64,000 bases of DNA from an uncultured Gammaproteobacteria bacterium (GTDB lineage: Bacteria > Patescibacteriota > Microgenomatia > UBA1406 > GWC2-37-13). A program made the position numbers and the translations under genes. Within the stretch, counting starts at the first letter, position 1. Each line of letters begins with the position of its first letter. Under the pieces are notes generated by a model. That model was not told where the DNA came from, ran no database searches, and worked only from the letters and a program-made list of their open reading frames with translations. Of this stretch, positions 53,812 to 63,037 are shown piece after piece. The DNA lies in contig CAZGZD010000001.1 of NCBI GenBank assembly GCA_964530005.1, positions 33,541 through 97,540 of the forward strand. Reading direction: 5' to 3'.

Positions 53812-54594
53812 TTATTTTCTGAATAGATCTTTTATGATAAACCGTGTGAGTGTGCGGGGAAATAGCTTCACCACTATCGCCCCTATCTTATTGCTAATAC
53901 CAGGTACAACTGTAGCATCTCCTCTTTTTAATCCATAAAGCGCTGCACGTGCAACGTATTCAGGAGTCATTGCATTGCGGAATCGAGAAGGTTTGGCGTG
54001 AGCGCGCTTAGCAAATCCAGTCGCCACAGGCCCAGGACAAAGAGTTGTCACAATAATACCTTGGTCTTTATATTCTGAGCGAATTCCTTCCGAAAAATTC
54101 AAGACAAAAGATTTGGTCGCCGAATATACACTCATCCATGGCACTGGCTGAAAAGCTGCAGTCGATGCAACATTGAGAATCGCACCACTTCCCTGCTTTA
54201 CCATATCAGCAATAAAAAGATGAGTAAGCTCAACAAGCGAGGCAATATTCAATTGGATCATCTTGATCTGCTCATCTTTTGAAATTTCAGAAAATCGACC
54301 GGATAACCCATACCCTGCATTATTTATCAAAATATTGACCGTGAGCTTTGTTTTTTTGATCTCTCTATAGAGTTTTTCAGCTGAATCTGAACTACTAAGA
54401 TCAGTCGCCAATACAGTTACTTTTACATAATTATTTTTTAATTCTTGTGCGATCTTTTTAAGCTTGCCTTCTGACCTCGCAACAAGAATGAGATTGCAGT
54501 TTTGGGCCGCCAAGTGCTTTGCAATCTCGTAGCCGATCCCGCCTGAGGCGCCAGTCACAAGCGCTGTTTTGCCTTGAAAGTAGTAGTTTTTCAT
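53812..54594 (-). CDS. Short-chain dehydrogenase/reductase (SDR)
   Basis: ALVTGASGGIGYEIA (TGxxxGxG), NNAG, and the catalytic tetrad YSATK. Confidence 0.85.
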   Translation of the reverse strand: MKNYYFQGKTALVTGASGGIGYEIAKHLAAQNCNLILVARSEGKLKKIAQELKNNYVKVTVLATDLSSSDSAEKLYREIKKTKLTVNILINNAGYGLSGRFSEISKDEQIKMIQLNIASLVELTHLFIADMVKQGSGAILNVASTAAFQPVPWMSVYSATKSFVLNFSEGIRSEYKDQGIIVTTLCPGPVATGFAKRAHAKPSRFRNAMTPEYVARAALYGLKRGDATVVPGISNKIGAIVVKLFPRTLTRFIIKDLFRK

Positions 54595-54597
54595 ACA

Positions 54598-54690
54598 TTT
54601 TGTTACTTTTGCTTATTTTTGCGACTTGGGAGGCCCGGTCGAAAGACTGGGAGGGAACCCACTGGAGTCAAAAAGAAGTAAAAGTAAAGC
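54598..54690 (+). repeat. Copy D of the structured intergenic element, with a GAAA-capped inner hairpin
   Basis: ttacttttgctt...gcgacttgggagg cccggtc gaaa gactggg agggaacccactggagtcaaaaagaagtaaaagtaa. G:U pairs are compatible only with plus-strand RNA. Confidence 0.5.
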
Positions 54691-54695
54691 TATTT

Positions 54696-55382
54696 CTATA
54701 AATCAATTTTTCTCTCCCCGTACTTCTCAAAATATTCCTCAATCAATTTTTTAAGCTCAGAATCTGCGTTTTGTTTTTCCACAACTTCAGGCAAGAGATC
54801 AAGAAGATTGCTCATTGCGAAGTACGCAATTCCCTTATTTCGACAATACTCCCCCACTGTCTGCCCGTCATCACGTCGCTCATTTCGATCGGTCAGGATC
54901 ACAACAGTGATTTCTCTGATGCCAACTTCTTTTAGTTTATCTATGCCAGAAAAAAGTGATCCCCCGGTTGTCACGATGTCCTCAACTATTACAGTCTTTC
55001 CACGAGGTACACCCAAAAAGTATCGGTCAGCCGGATCCCCATGTTCTTTCGGCTCTTTTCTACCTTGGGCCAGTGCATACTTGCCTTTTGCCAAATCTGG
55101 CCTCGATTTGGCCCATTTGTACTGCATGATTGTTGCGAGCTTTGTCCCACCATCTGGTATGCCATAAATACTTTCGTGCTCGATATTATTATCTGCAAGA
55201 TATGCGAGTACGAAGTCTGATAATTTGTCGGTCAGATATACATCATCTGCGATACGCCTCCAATTCACATATGTCGGCGATTTGCGGCCGTGCTTGAAGG
55301 TAATAAGATCGCGCGTTAAACCTACAATATTATTTTCAATAATGAGATTATTAAAAGCTTGCTGATCGAAGTTTTTTGCCAT
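54696..55382 (-). CDS. pyrE: Type I phosphoribosyltransferase, probably orotate phosphoribosyltransferase
   Basis: VIVEDIVTTGGS is a PRPP-binding loop. Length and layout are OPRT-like. Confidence 0.6.
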   Translation of the reverse strand: MAKNFDQQAFNNLIIENNIVGLTRDLITFKHGRKSPTYVNWRRIADDVYLTDKLSDFVLAYLADNNIEHESIYGIPDGGTKLATIMQYKWAKSRPDLAKGKYALAQGRKEPKEHGDPADRYFLGVPRGKTVIVEDIVTTGGSLFSGIDKLKEVGIREITVVILTDRNERRDDGQTVGEYCRNKGIAYFAMSNLLDLLPEVVEKQNADSELKKLIEEYFEKYGERKIDL

Positions 55383-55408
55383 AGACGTACCTGAAGTGTA
55401 GCAAAAAA

Positions 55409-55417
55409 TGGTAGAAT
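55409..55417 (+). promoter_or_regulatory. Extended -10 promoter TGgTAGAAT for the tRNA
   Basis: It lies 21 nt upstream of the tRNA 5' end. Confidence 0.4.
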
Positions 55418-55437
55418 ATGAAACTGAGAATTTAATT

Positions 55438-55510
55438 GTCCTCGTAGCTTAATGGATAGAGCATCGGATTGCGGATCCGAAGGTTGGGCGTTCGAGTCGC
55501 CCCGAGGACG
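55438..55510 (+). tRNA. tRNA-Arg (anticodon GCG), CCA not encoded
   Basis: Hand-folded 73-nt cloverleaf. The acceptor stem is GTCCTCG/CGAGGAC and the D stem GCTT/GAGC, with A20. The anticodon stem is TCGGA/TCCGA with loop TTGCGGA. The T arm is GGGCG-TTCGAGT-CGCCC. The discriminator is G, followed by CA, not CCA. Confidence 0.85.
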
Positions 55511-55527
55511 CACATTTTTTGTTTAAG

Positions 55528-56886
55528 CTATATAAAAATAAGTCCTACGAAACTTGAGGTAATTATAAACAGAATAGAGATGAAAAATTTATTAGCAAAT
55601 TCACGCTTCCCCTGCACAAAACTATAAAATGCCTTGCTGAGTAGATTCACAGCATTTATCACAATTAAAGCAAGTACCGCAGTCTCAATCGTGACAACCC
55701 GCCCTACAAGGTCAGATACATTGATTATTGCGGCATCTATACCCGCAAATCCCGCGAGCGCGGATGATAATACAAATCCCCGACTGCCAAACGCTACAAG
55801 TGATACTTTGGTCAGAATGCGCACAATCAGAAATAGTGCAGCAAACTTTAGGGCAAGATCAATTGAGAGTATCTTATCCTGTGGATATTCCCCATCTGTC
55901 TTTTTTACTTGGGAACCCAAGCCATTTTTTGTTTCATGATGTATCAGAAAATATACACCGATAAGTCCTGAGCTTATCATTAACGCTATGAGTGTAGGAG
56001 TGCTTTTTACCAGAAAGTCCCAGTTCACAAATCCAATAATTGCGGCAATCTGTATAAAGCTTACGAAATTTGCAAGCAGTGCCGCAGCAACTAGTCCATC
56101 TACTCTGTCTGAGTTTTTGCTTTCATGAGCAAGCGCAACCGTCGTTGCTGTTGATGATACAAATCCCCCCATCACACTTGATATAAGTCGACCACGTCGC
56201 CTACCCACAAAGCGCTCAAGCACATACCCCAAAAGATCAATTCCTGTTATGATCACGACGATCGTCCAAAGCTTAAATGGATTGACAAATTCCGCACCGC
56301 CCAGACTTGACCACATACTCCCTGTTTGCTCAATTATTTGTTTGACAAACGGAATTTGATCAAATGTATACGATACATTGGGCAAAAATGGAAATATCAC
56401 AAGGGCAATAAGTGCATATCCGACAAATGCATTGATTTCACGACGAGCAATCCCTCCCACAAAATTCTGTATATCTCGCTTTCTGGAAAGAATTAGAATT
56501 ACAACCACAGTAAGCGCGACAGTAACCTGAAGAGGTAACGCTTCCATAGCGACAATCACCCCAAAAAGATACGAGTACAAAAGTGCGCTCTCTGTCGTAA
56601 TCCCAATATCTTTCGTCTGCACTGAATGAAGAATATAATAAAGAATCAATAGGGCAAATACAGAAGCACTAATGAATATAAAGAGAGGGAAAAAGCTTCC
56701 AGCAAGCAGTCCTGCAATTCCCCCAATTAGTGAGAGGAGAGAAAATGTACGGACACCGACACCATGAGTGGATTCATCTTTTCCTTTGGCCTCAATATCA
56801 GTATCATACGACTCACGTTCTAGACCAATAATTGATCCAATTATTAAGGCCAACCCAAGCTTTATAAGAATGTTGAGGCTTTCCAT
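55528..56886 (-). CDS. MgtC/SapB plus DUF4010 family membrane protein
   Basis: The ATG at 56886 gives MESLNILIKLGLALIIGSIIGLERE, the MgtC signature. The protein is polytopic throughout. The ORF-track start at 56967 would overlap the upstream gene. Confidence 0.7.
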   Translation of the reverse strand: MESLNILIKLGLALIIGSIIGLERESYDTDIEAKGKDESTHGVGVRTFSLLSLIGGIAGLLAGSFFPLFIFISASVFALLILYYILHSVQTKDIGITTESALLYSYLFGVIVAMEALPLQVTVALTVVVILILSRKRDIQNFVGGIARREINAFVGYALIALVIFPFLPNVSYTFDQIPFVKQIIEQTGSMWSSLGGAEFVNPFKLWTIVVIITGIDLLGYVLERFVGRRRGRLISSVMGGFVSSTATTVALAHESKNSDRVDGLVAAALLANFVSFIQIAAIIGFVNWDFLVKSTPTLIALMISSGLIGVYFLIHHETKNGLGSQVKKTDGEYPQDKILSIDLALKFAALFLIVRILTKVSLVAFGSRGFVLSSALAGFAGIDAAIINVSDLVGRVVTIETAVLALIVINAVNLLSKAFYSFVQGKREFANKFFISILFIITSSFVGLIFI

Positions 56887-56893
56887 TTTATTA

Positions 56894-57643
56894 TTAAATG
56901 CGGAAGAATGTGCCCACCACGTAGGCAATGCTAGCCGCAATTCCGCCGACAAGTACAGTCTCGCCAATTGAACGAAGCACAGATTCGCGCGTTACTTTCC
57001 ATCTCAAGAATCCAACCACAATAAGCGCGATAGCAACAAGCGCTGATGACGAAAGAAAGATCTTGTCTGGCGAGACATTAAAGACATAGGGAATGAGAGG
57101 AATAAATCCAAATGTAACAAATGCGATAAGAGTAGCACCTGCCGTAAGCCATGGATTCTCTCCCTCGGGATTAGGGAGCTCAAGCTCATATCGCATCATA
57201 AAATCCAGCCAATAAGGTTCATTCTTCATATAGATTTTTGTAAGTGAATTAGCGTCTTCTTCAGAAAATCCTTTTTGTTGTAAAAGATGCATTGTCTCTT
57301 CTTTCTCCATGCTTGTCGAGTTTTTAATTTCATACATCTCTTTTCGTTTCTCCTGCGCATATGCATCCTTAGCTGATCGCGCAGATACAAAGTTGCCAAG
57401 CCCCATCGATGCCGCATCGGCAAATAGATTCGCAAATCCAAAAAGTAGTACGAGAAAGTACGGCTTACCTGCCATGGGAGATGCAATCTGTGCGCCAGTA
57501 AATCCAGCAACGACTGCAAATGTCGTAACAATTCCATCATTTGCACCATATACGATCTCACGAAGATATGTCGAAAGTGGCGATTGCTTATGCTCCTCTT
57601 CTAAATGCTTTTTGAATGTTTCCTCTGTGTACTTCTCACTCAT
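56894..57643 (-). CDS. VIT1/CCC1 family iron/manganese transporter
   Basis: YGANDGIVTTFAVVAGF, with an acidic cytoplasmic helical insert and C-terminal TM helices. Confidence 0.8.
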   Translation of the reverse strand: MSEKYTEETFKKHLEEEHKQSPLSTYLREIVYGANDGIVTTFAVVAGFTGAQIASPMAGKPYFLVLLFGFANLFADAASMGLGNFVSARSAKDAYAQEKRKEMYEIKNSTSMEKEETMHLLQQKGFSEEDANSLTKIYMKNEPYWLDFMMRYELELPNPEGENPWLTAGATLIAFVTFGFIPLIPYVFNVSPDKIFLSSSALVAIALIVVGFLRWKVTRESVLRSIGETVLVGGIAASIAYVVGTFFRI

Positions 57644-57663
57644 ATAATTATTATACTCGCACC

Positions 57664-57882
57664 TTATGATTTGACGACAGCTTTATAGCCAGTTGCCTTT
57701 ACCTGCTGGATGATCTTGTCTATCTCGATTTTCTCTACATCGTACTCGATCTCTACCTCTTGCTTAGCATAGCTTGTCTGTACTTTTTTTACTCCATCAA
57801 GATCCTCAAGGTCAAAATCAATATTCATCGCACACGAGGTGCAGTGCATTCCTTCAATTTGTAGCTTTACTTTTTTTACCAT
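57664..57882 (-). CDS. copZ: Copper chaperone CopZ (HMA domain)
   Basis: The ATG at 57882 gives MVKKVKLQIEGMHCTSCAMNI. It overlaps the upstream TGA by 1 nt (TGATG). Confidence 0.85.
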   Translation of the reverse strand: MVKKVKLQIEGMHCTSCAMNIDFDLEDLDGVKKVQTSYAKQEVEIEYDVEKIEIDKIIQQVKATGYKAVVKS

Positions 57883-58907
57883 CACATTACATCAATCACA
57901 CCTCTGTACATGCCCATCGAGCAGTTGAAGGCTATCTGGCCTGTATTTGTCGGTGTAAACTGCACTGACTCAGATCCATTCGGCTGGAGATTGCGCTCTA
58001 TACCAAGTGCAGGTATGCGAAATGCAGATGCGCACGAATATACCCCAGTTGACTTGAGATTTAGTTTAACTGGCATATCTTTTTTCACCTTTATATTTGT
58101 TGGGCTGTAGCCACTTGAGGTAACTGTAATATCTACATTTTGCACTCCATTCACTACTTTAGCCGCGGCTCCACTGCTATTTGATGATTGGCTTATCTGC
58201 ACTATATTTTGTGCCAAAGACTGCAGAGTAAAATCAGACCCTGTAGCCACGAGTGCTGAATTGACCGACACAATCCCAAGGTACAGTACTGCAAATGCAG
58301 CGATTTTGAGAAACCTTTGCTTGAAGTTGTCACCCAGTAGCGTCGTGACAAATCCAACACCAAAAAATAATGGTGTCGTACCAAGTACAAAGATACCCAG
58401 GATCAAAGCTCCAGTCAGTCCACTTGCACTGCTTATTGCGAGAGCCTCCATAGCAAGCGTCGTGCCACATGGAATAAAAATAGTCATGGCTCCCAATATG
58501 GCTGGCGCAAAAATATCGCGGCTTTTGGATTGATTTCTGATTTTACGCGTCAAAAATCGAGGTGGCTGAATCACCACGTAGCGAAAGATTGGATGGACAT
58601 TGAGCAAGTTGAGAGAGATTGCGATCATATACAAACCCGCAATAAACTGCACAACAATCTGAGTCGTTTGATTTATCCCAATCGCTCCCCCAAATGCCCC
58701 AAGCACAAATCCCAAAGCAGTATAAGCAATCAGTTTACTGATCAGAAAAGATACTGTCGGAAATATTGTGTGCTTCGGATTCTTACTACTTTCGAGATCT
58801 GCGTCTTCACGAGCCGCGATAATTGAAGCAAGAAGTCCTCCTTGAACTGCAAGACAGGTAAGCCCGCCAACTGTCAGCCCTGTAATAAATACAACCCAGA
58901 GATTCAT
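57882..58907 (-). CDS. DsbD_2/TauE-like membrane protein fused to a C-terminal cupredoxin-like domain
   Basis: N-terminus GLTVGGLTCLAVQGGLL, polytopic. The C-terminus VDITVTSSGYSPTNIKVKKDMPVKLNL...FNCSMGMYRGVIDV is similar to 61138..61518. Confidence 0.6.
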   Translation of the reverse strand: MNLWVVFITGLTVGGLTCLAVQGGLLASIIAAREDADLESSKNPKHTIFPTVSFLISKLIAYTALGFVLGAFGGAIGINQTTQIVVQFIAGLYMIAISLNLLNVHPIFRYVVIQPPRFLTRKIRNQSKSRDIFAPAILGAMTIFIPCGTTLAMEALAISSASGLTGALILGIFVLGTTPLFFGVGFVTTLLGDNFKQRFLKIAAFAVLYLGIVSVNSALVATGSDFTLQSLAQNIVQISQSSNSSGAAAKVVNGVQNVDITVTSSGYSPTNIKVKKDMPVKLNLKSTGVYSCASAFRIPALGIERNLQPNGSESVQFTPTNTGQIAFNCSMGMYRGVIDVM

Positions 58908-58912
58908 AAGTC

Positions 58913-61135
58913 TTATATTTTAACTCTTTTTAAAAGTAATGAATTGGTCACGACTGATATCGAGCTTGTTGCCATAGCTACAGATGCAAATATAGGATTT
59001 AATAATATATGAAAAAATGGATACAATAGGCCCATCGCAACAGGAATCAAGATAATATTGTACCCAAATGCCCACACAAGATTCATCCTTATTGTCCGCA
59101 TGGTCTTTTTGGAAAGATCGATAGCCACAACTACAGACTTAAGATCTTTATTTATAAGTGTAATATCTGCGGCTTCTATTGCCACATCAGTGCCTGAGCC
59201 AATCGCAATACCGATGTCGGCTGCAGCAAGTGCAGGCGCATCGTTTATCCCGTCCCCTACCATTGCCACACGAATACCTTTTTCTTGGATTTTTCTTATT
59301 TCAGCCTCTTTTTTATCAGGCAATACCTCAGACAATACATTTTTTATTCCGAGTTTGCTCGCGATTGCATCTGCTGCACGCTTATTGTCGCCTGTCATCA
59401 TGATCACATCAATTCCTCGCTTCTGAAGAGCGGAAACTGTTGAAATTGCAGATTCCTTGACCGTATCAGCAACTGCAATGAGCCCGACTAAGTGCCCATC
59501 AACAGCCAAAAGTATCACTGTCTTTCCCGCACGCTCAAGAGTGCTAATCTGTCCCTCCGCATGCTCATATTCAATCTTTTCTTTTTCCATAAGTCGACGA
59601 TTTCCTAAGAAAGTTTTGTTTTTTCCGATTATCCCTTCAACTCCGTGTCCTGCAATTGCTTGAAACTTCGAAACAGTCCCAAGTTTTATTTTTCTTTTCT
59701 CAGAATAATTTACAATAGATTCGGCCAGTGAGTGCTCAGACCCTTTTTCAACAGATGCAGCAAGACGCAATACTTCATCCTCTGACGTCTTACTTATAGA
59801 GACCACATCTGTCACCTCAGGTCGTCCATTTGTGAGCGTTCCTGTCTTGTCAAATACCACCGCTCTAATCTTATTCGCAATCTCCAGGCTCTCAGCATCT
59901 CGAATCAATATTCCACGCTGCGCCCCAATGCCAGTCCCGACCATGATCGCTGTCGGTGTAGCAAGCCCCATGGCACAGGGACAGGCAATGATAAGAACAG
60001 CGACCGTATTGAGCATTGCCAGAAGAAAAGCAGGGCTTGGACCAAATACATACCATACGCCAAAAGTCAGCCACGCAAGCATAATCACAATTGGCACGAA
60101 ATAGGATGAAACTGTATCAGCCAGTCTCTGAATTGGCGCTTTGCTCCCCTGCGCTTCTTCAACGAGAGTAATAATCTGGGAAAGCATAGTATCTGCACCG
60201 ACTTTTGTTGCGCGATACGTAAAAGAACCCGATTTATTCATCGTTGCCCCAACGACTGTGTCTCCCGACGCCTTATCGACCGGAATACTCTCACCCGTAA
60301 TCATAGACTCATCCACGCTTGATTCGCCCTCAATAACTTCGCCGTCAACTGGTATTTTCTCACCAGATCTGACTCGAATAATATCACCGATCTGCACATC
60401 CTCAATCGGAATATCTATGTCGTGTCCATCTCTTACGACCCGCGCAGTCTTGGCCTGAAGCCCGATAAGTTTGCGGATTGCGCTGGACGTCCCTATCTTT
60501 GCTTTTGCTTCAAAATACCGACCTAGGAGTATGAGTGCAATCACAATTGTTGCCACATCAAAGTACGGCATCGGCTCCATACCGAGATTCATCAAAATAC
60601 GTGGAAAAAGTATTATAAAAACAGAATAAAGGTAAGCAACAGTGGTGCCGAGGGCAACCAAAGTATCCATGTTGGCTGTTCGATGTCGAAGCGCTGGAAT
60701 TGTGGCAAGATAAAATTCACGTCCAGCCCAAAACTGAATTGGCGTCGCAAGTAAAAGCTGGACATAAAAGTTTTTAAGAAGCTCCGGCGCAGTATTCATC
60801 AGGCCTGGAAAGCTACCCCACAAGATAAGTCCACCCGCTATAAGACTCGCGACTACTTTGTTTTTTAAGACCTTAAGCTCTTTTCTCTTTTCAGCCGCTT
60901 GGACATCATCACTTTTCTCCGTGAGCTCAAGCTTGTATCCTATTTTTTCTATTGAATCCGCAAGCTGTGCAGGTGTGCAAATAGTATCATCGTACGTAAC
61001 CGTTGCTTTCTCAGTTGCAAGATTCACTACGGCATCATGCACGCCCTGAGTCTTCTTAAGAGCCCGCTCCGTTAGCCGTATGCATGATGCGCAGTGCATG
61101 CCCTTCACTGAAAATGTTTTTCTTATCTTACTCAT
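58913..61135 (-). CDS. copA: Copper-translocating P1B-type ATPase
   Basis: HMA GMHCASC, the CPC TM motif, DKTGTLT, and GDGINDAP. I prefer the ATG at 61135 (MSKIRKTF). Confidence 0.9.
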   Translation of the reverse strand: MSKIRKTFSVKGMHCASCIRLTERALKKTQGVHDAVVNLATEKATVTYDDTICTPAQLADSIEKIGYKLELTEKSDDVQAAEKRKELKVLKNKVVASLIAGGLILWGSFPGLMNTAPELLKNFYVQLLLATPIQFWAGREFYLATIPALRHRTANMDTLVALGTTVAYLYSVFIILFPRILMNLGMEPMPYFDVATIVIALILLGRYFEAKAKIGTSSAIRKLIGLQAKTARVVRDGHDIDIPIEDVQIGDIIRVRSGEKIPVDGEVIEGESSVDESMITGESIPVDKASGDTVVGATMNKSGSFTYRATKVGADTMLSQIITLVEEAQGSKAPIQRLADTVSSYFVPIVIMLAWLTFGVWYVFGPSPAFLLAMLNTVAVLIIACPCAMGLATPTAIMVGTGIGAQRGILIRDAESLEIANKIRAVVFDKTGTLTNGRPEVTDVVSISKTSEDEVLRLAASVEKGSEHSLAESIVNYSEKRKIKLGTVSKFQAIAGHGVEGIIGKNKTFLGNRRLMEKEKIEYEHAEGQISTLERAGKTVILLAVDGHLVGLIAVADTVKESAISTVSALQKRGIDVIMMTGDNKRAADAIASKLGIKNVLSEVLPDKKEAEIRKIQEKGIRVAMVGDGINDAPALAAADIGIAIGSGTDVAIEAADITLINKDLKSVVVAIDLSKKTMRTIRMNLVWAFGYNIILIPVAMGLLYPFFHILLNPIFASVAMATSSISVVTNSLLLKRVKI

Positions 61136-61137
61136 AT

Positions 61138-61518
61138 CTACTTTACAATTATTTTCCCGTGAAACATATTCATGCCGCAAGCATAGTCATACTCGCCACT
61201 TTTTTGTGGAGTGAGGATAATGGGCACCATTTTATTTAATGGCAGATATTTTCTTATTCGAAAATCAGGGAGTACCACTTCTTCCAGACATGATGATGGA
61301 TCACGTCGCGTGAAGTTAATGGTTGTTAGACGACCTTTGGGAATTGAGATTACTTGTGGGGAATACCCACCCTCAACTGTAATATCTACACTACCAGTAT
61401 CCACAACTACCGACACTCCCTCTTTTTTCATAAGGAAGAACCAATAGGTTAAGGCAATACCGCAAATACTCGCAACTACGACTAATATTTTGTCCATACT
61501 CATACTCAGTACCCCCAA
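61138..61518 (-). CDS. Membrane-anchored cupredoxin-like domain protein
   Basis: An N-terminal TM helix, then [26 protein letters not shown]...[14 protein letters not shown]. Confidence 0.6.
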   Translation of the reverse strand: MGVLSMSMDKILVVVASICGIALTYWFFLMKKEGVSVVVDTGSVDITVEGGYSPQVISIPKGRLTTINFTRRDPSSCLEEVVLPDFRIRKYLPLNKMVPIILTPQKSGEYDYACGMNMFHGKIIVK

Positions 61519-62156
61519 TTTTTATACCACTGCCTCATCTCATTTATCTCTTTGGTCTGAGCATCAATAATGTTTTGAGCAAGCTGCCTCATCTCTTCTC
61601 TATTTGTTCCCCGCTTAAGCATCGTGGCCATCATGACCGCCATCTGGTGATGCGGGATCATCTCTTCAATAAATGCCTTGTCGAAATTATCAGCATTTTT
61701 CAGTGTCGCAATATCAGACTCATCTCCCATCATTCCGCCATGCATGCGCCCACCCATCATACCTGCTCCAGAATTAGCATCATCACTCGTGTCTTCTGGT
61801 ACATCTTGCCCATACCAACTTTTGTACCAATTCTTCATTTGGGTAATCTCCTCAGATTGTGTTTTTTTGATATTTTCAGATAGCTTTTTAATTTCAGAAT
61901 GTTGAGCTTTTGTCTGTGCAATATCTGCCATGGTTATTGCATCTTCATGATGAGGTATCATCTGCTCTATAAAATGCTCATCAATATTCTCCATCATGCT
62001 TCCTCGATAGTTTTGAGTGCCTATACCCATCATGCGCATCATTCCGATATTTTGAGTATTTACCGAACTTGAAGCTATTATCACAGTAATTAAGCTTCCG
62101 GCTAGTAGACCAATGATTCCATATAATATTGCTTTATTATTTTCCATACGTATCAC
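61506..62156 (-). CDS. DUF305 family (copper-resistance-associated) protein
   Basis: Duplicated MIPHHEDAITMA and MIPHHQMAVMMA motifs, with an N-terminal TM/signal. Confidence 0.75.
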   Translation of the reverse strand: MIRMENNKAILYGIIGLLAGSLITVIIASSSVNTQNIGMMRMMGIGTQNYRGSMMENIDEHFIEQMIPHHEDAITMADIAQTKAQHSEIKKLSENIKKTQSEEITQMKNWYKSWYGQDVPEDTSDDANSGAGMMGGRMHGGMMGDESDIATLKNADNFDKAFIEEMIPHHQMAVMMATMLKRGTNREEMRQLAQNIIDAQTKEINEMRQWYKNWGY

Positions 62157-62194
62157 CTTCTTTCTGTTATTTGTTAAAAATAAATTTATTCATG

Positions 62195-62599
62195 CTATTT
62201 ACCTCTATTTTCGACTACAGCAAAGGCGAAAATAGCAATCATAATTAATTGGCAGGCTATACAAATTGGGCAGATTACTTTCAGTTGAATAAGCTCTATG
62301 TATCCAATTGACAGGCAGAACAGCAGCCCAAATGTTGCCATCGAAAGAAGCAATTTTTTCCTGTGCCATAGTGCCGAAAAAAATATAACAATATAGCCTA
62401 TTAGCCCATACAGCGGGGTCGGTATGCCAAATGTCTTAGCTACAGGTCCTGATATGACAGCATTGCAGTTTACTATGCTGTTTACGTAGCATGGCTGAAA
62501 AGCGGGGCGATAAAATTGCTGCCACAGTAGATAAAGCGCCAATAAGATGCCAATACTTGATAAGACTTTAATGAGTGAATATATCTGTGCTCGTTTCAT
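62195..62599 (-). CDS. Vitamin K epoxide reductase (VKOR) family membrane protein
   Basis: 134 aa with four hydrophobic helices, loop cysteines CYVNSIVNC, and CPICIAC in the last helix. Confidence 0.55.
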   Translation of the reverse strand: MKRAQIYSLIKVLSSIGILLALYLLWQQFYRPAFQPCYVNSIVNCNAVISGPVAKTFGIPTPLYGLIGYIVIFFSALWHRKKLLLSMATFGLLFCLSIGYIELIQLKVICPICIACQLIMIAIFAFAVVENRGK

Positions 62600-62659
62600 T
62601 TTTTTAAAATTTAAACTCTTCTCTCATGAGCTAGAAAATTACAATTAATTTCAAATTCA

Positions 62660-62929
62660 TCATCCTCTTTTCTTAAAAACAGTCATAACTTCAGAAATCG
62701 CTTCTTCTCCTCGGCCCTCTCGGACAGCGTTAATTGCGCATGTTTTGAGATGCTTCTCAAGAATCAGTGAGTCGACCTCTTTTAGAGCTTGTTGCACGGC
62801 CTGTGATTGGTGTAAAACATCAATGCAATACTCGTCATTCTCCACCATCTCAAGCACTTTCTTAAGGTGACCGGCCGCAATCTTGAGTCTGTGATGAATT
62901 CTCTCTTTTGTGCTTTTAGGCTTAAACAT
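62660..62929 (-). CDS. csoR: CsoR/RcnR family metal-sensing repressor
   Basis: RLKIAAGHLKKVLEMVENDEYCIDVLHQSQAV, with the conserved C-H-C ligand layout. Confidence 0.85.
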   Translation of the reverse strand: MFKPKSTKERIHHRLKIAAGHLKKVLEMVENDEYCIDVLHQSQAVQQALKEVDSLILEKHLKTCAINAVREGRGEEAISEVMTVFKKRG

Positions 62930-62952
62930 ACTTGTCCTGAGTAAATCGAAGG

Positions 62953-62974
62953 ATATCCCCCCCTATGGGGATAT
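62953..62974. promoter_or_regulatory. CsoR-type operator atatcccc-N6-ggggatat
   Basis: A G/C-tract inverted repeat 24 nt upstream of the csoR start. It resembles known CsoR operators (TACCCC...GGGGTA type). Confidence 0.6.
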
Positions 62975-63021
62975 AGTACTCTACTATATGAGACGTTGTC
63001 AAGGGTTAAGAACACACTACC

Positions 63022-63030
63022 TGATATACT
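63022..63030 (+). promoter_or_regulatory. Extended -10 promoter TGaTATACT
   Basis: The ATG at 63038 lies 7 nt downstream, so the mRNA is probably leaderless. Confidence 0.45.
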
Positions 63031-63037
63031 GAGAACA

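Noticed and set aside
18829-54690. Whether the repeated intergenic element could be a CRISPR array or tRNA-derived
   Set aside because: The copies are kilobases apart, not in tandem, and have no spacers. They lack a tRNA cloverleaf and T-loop sequence.
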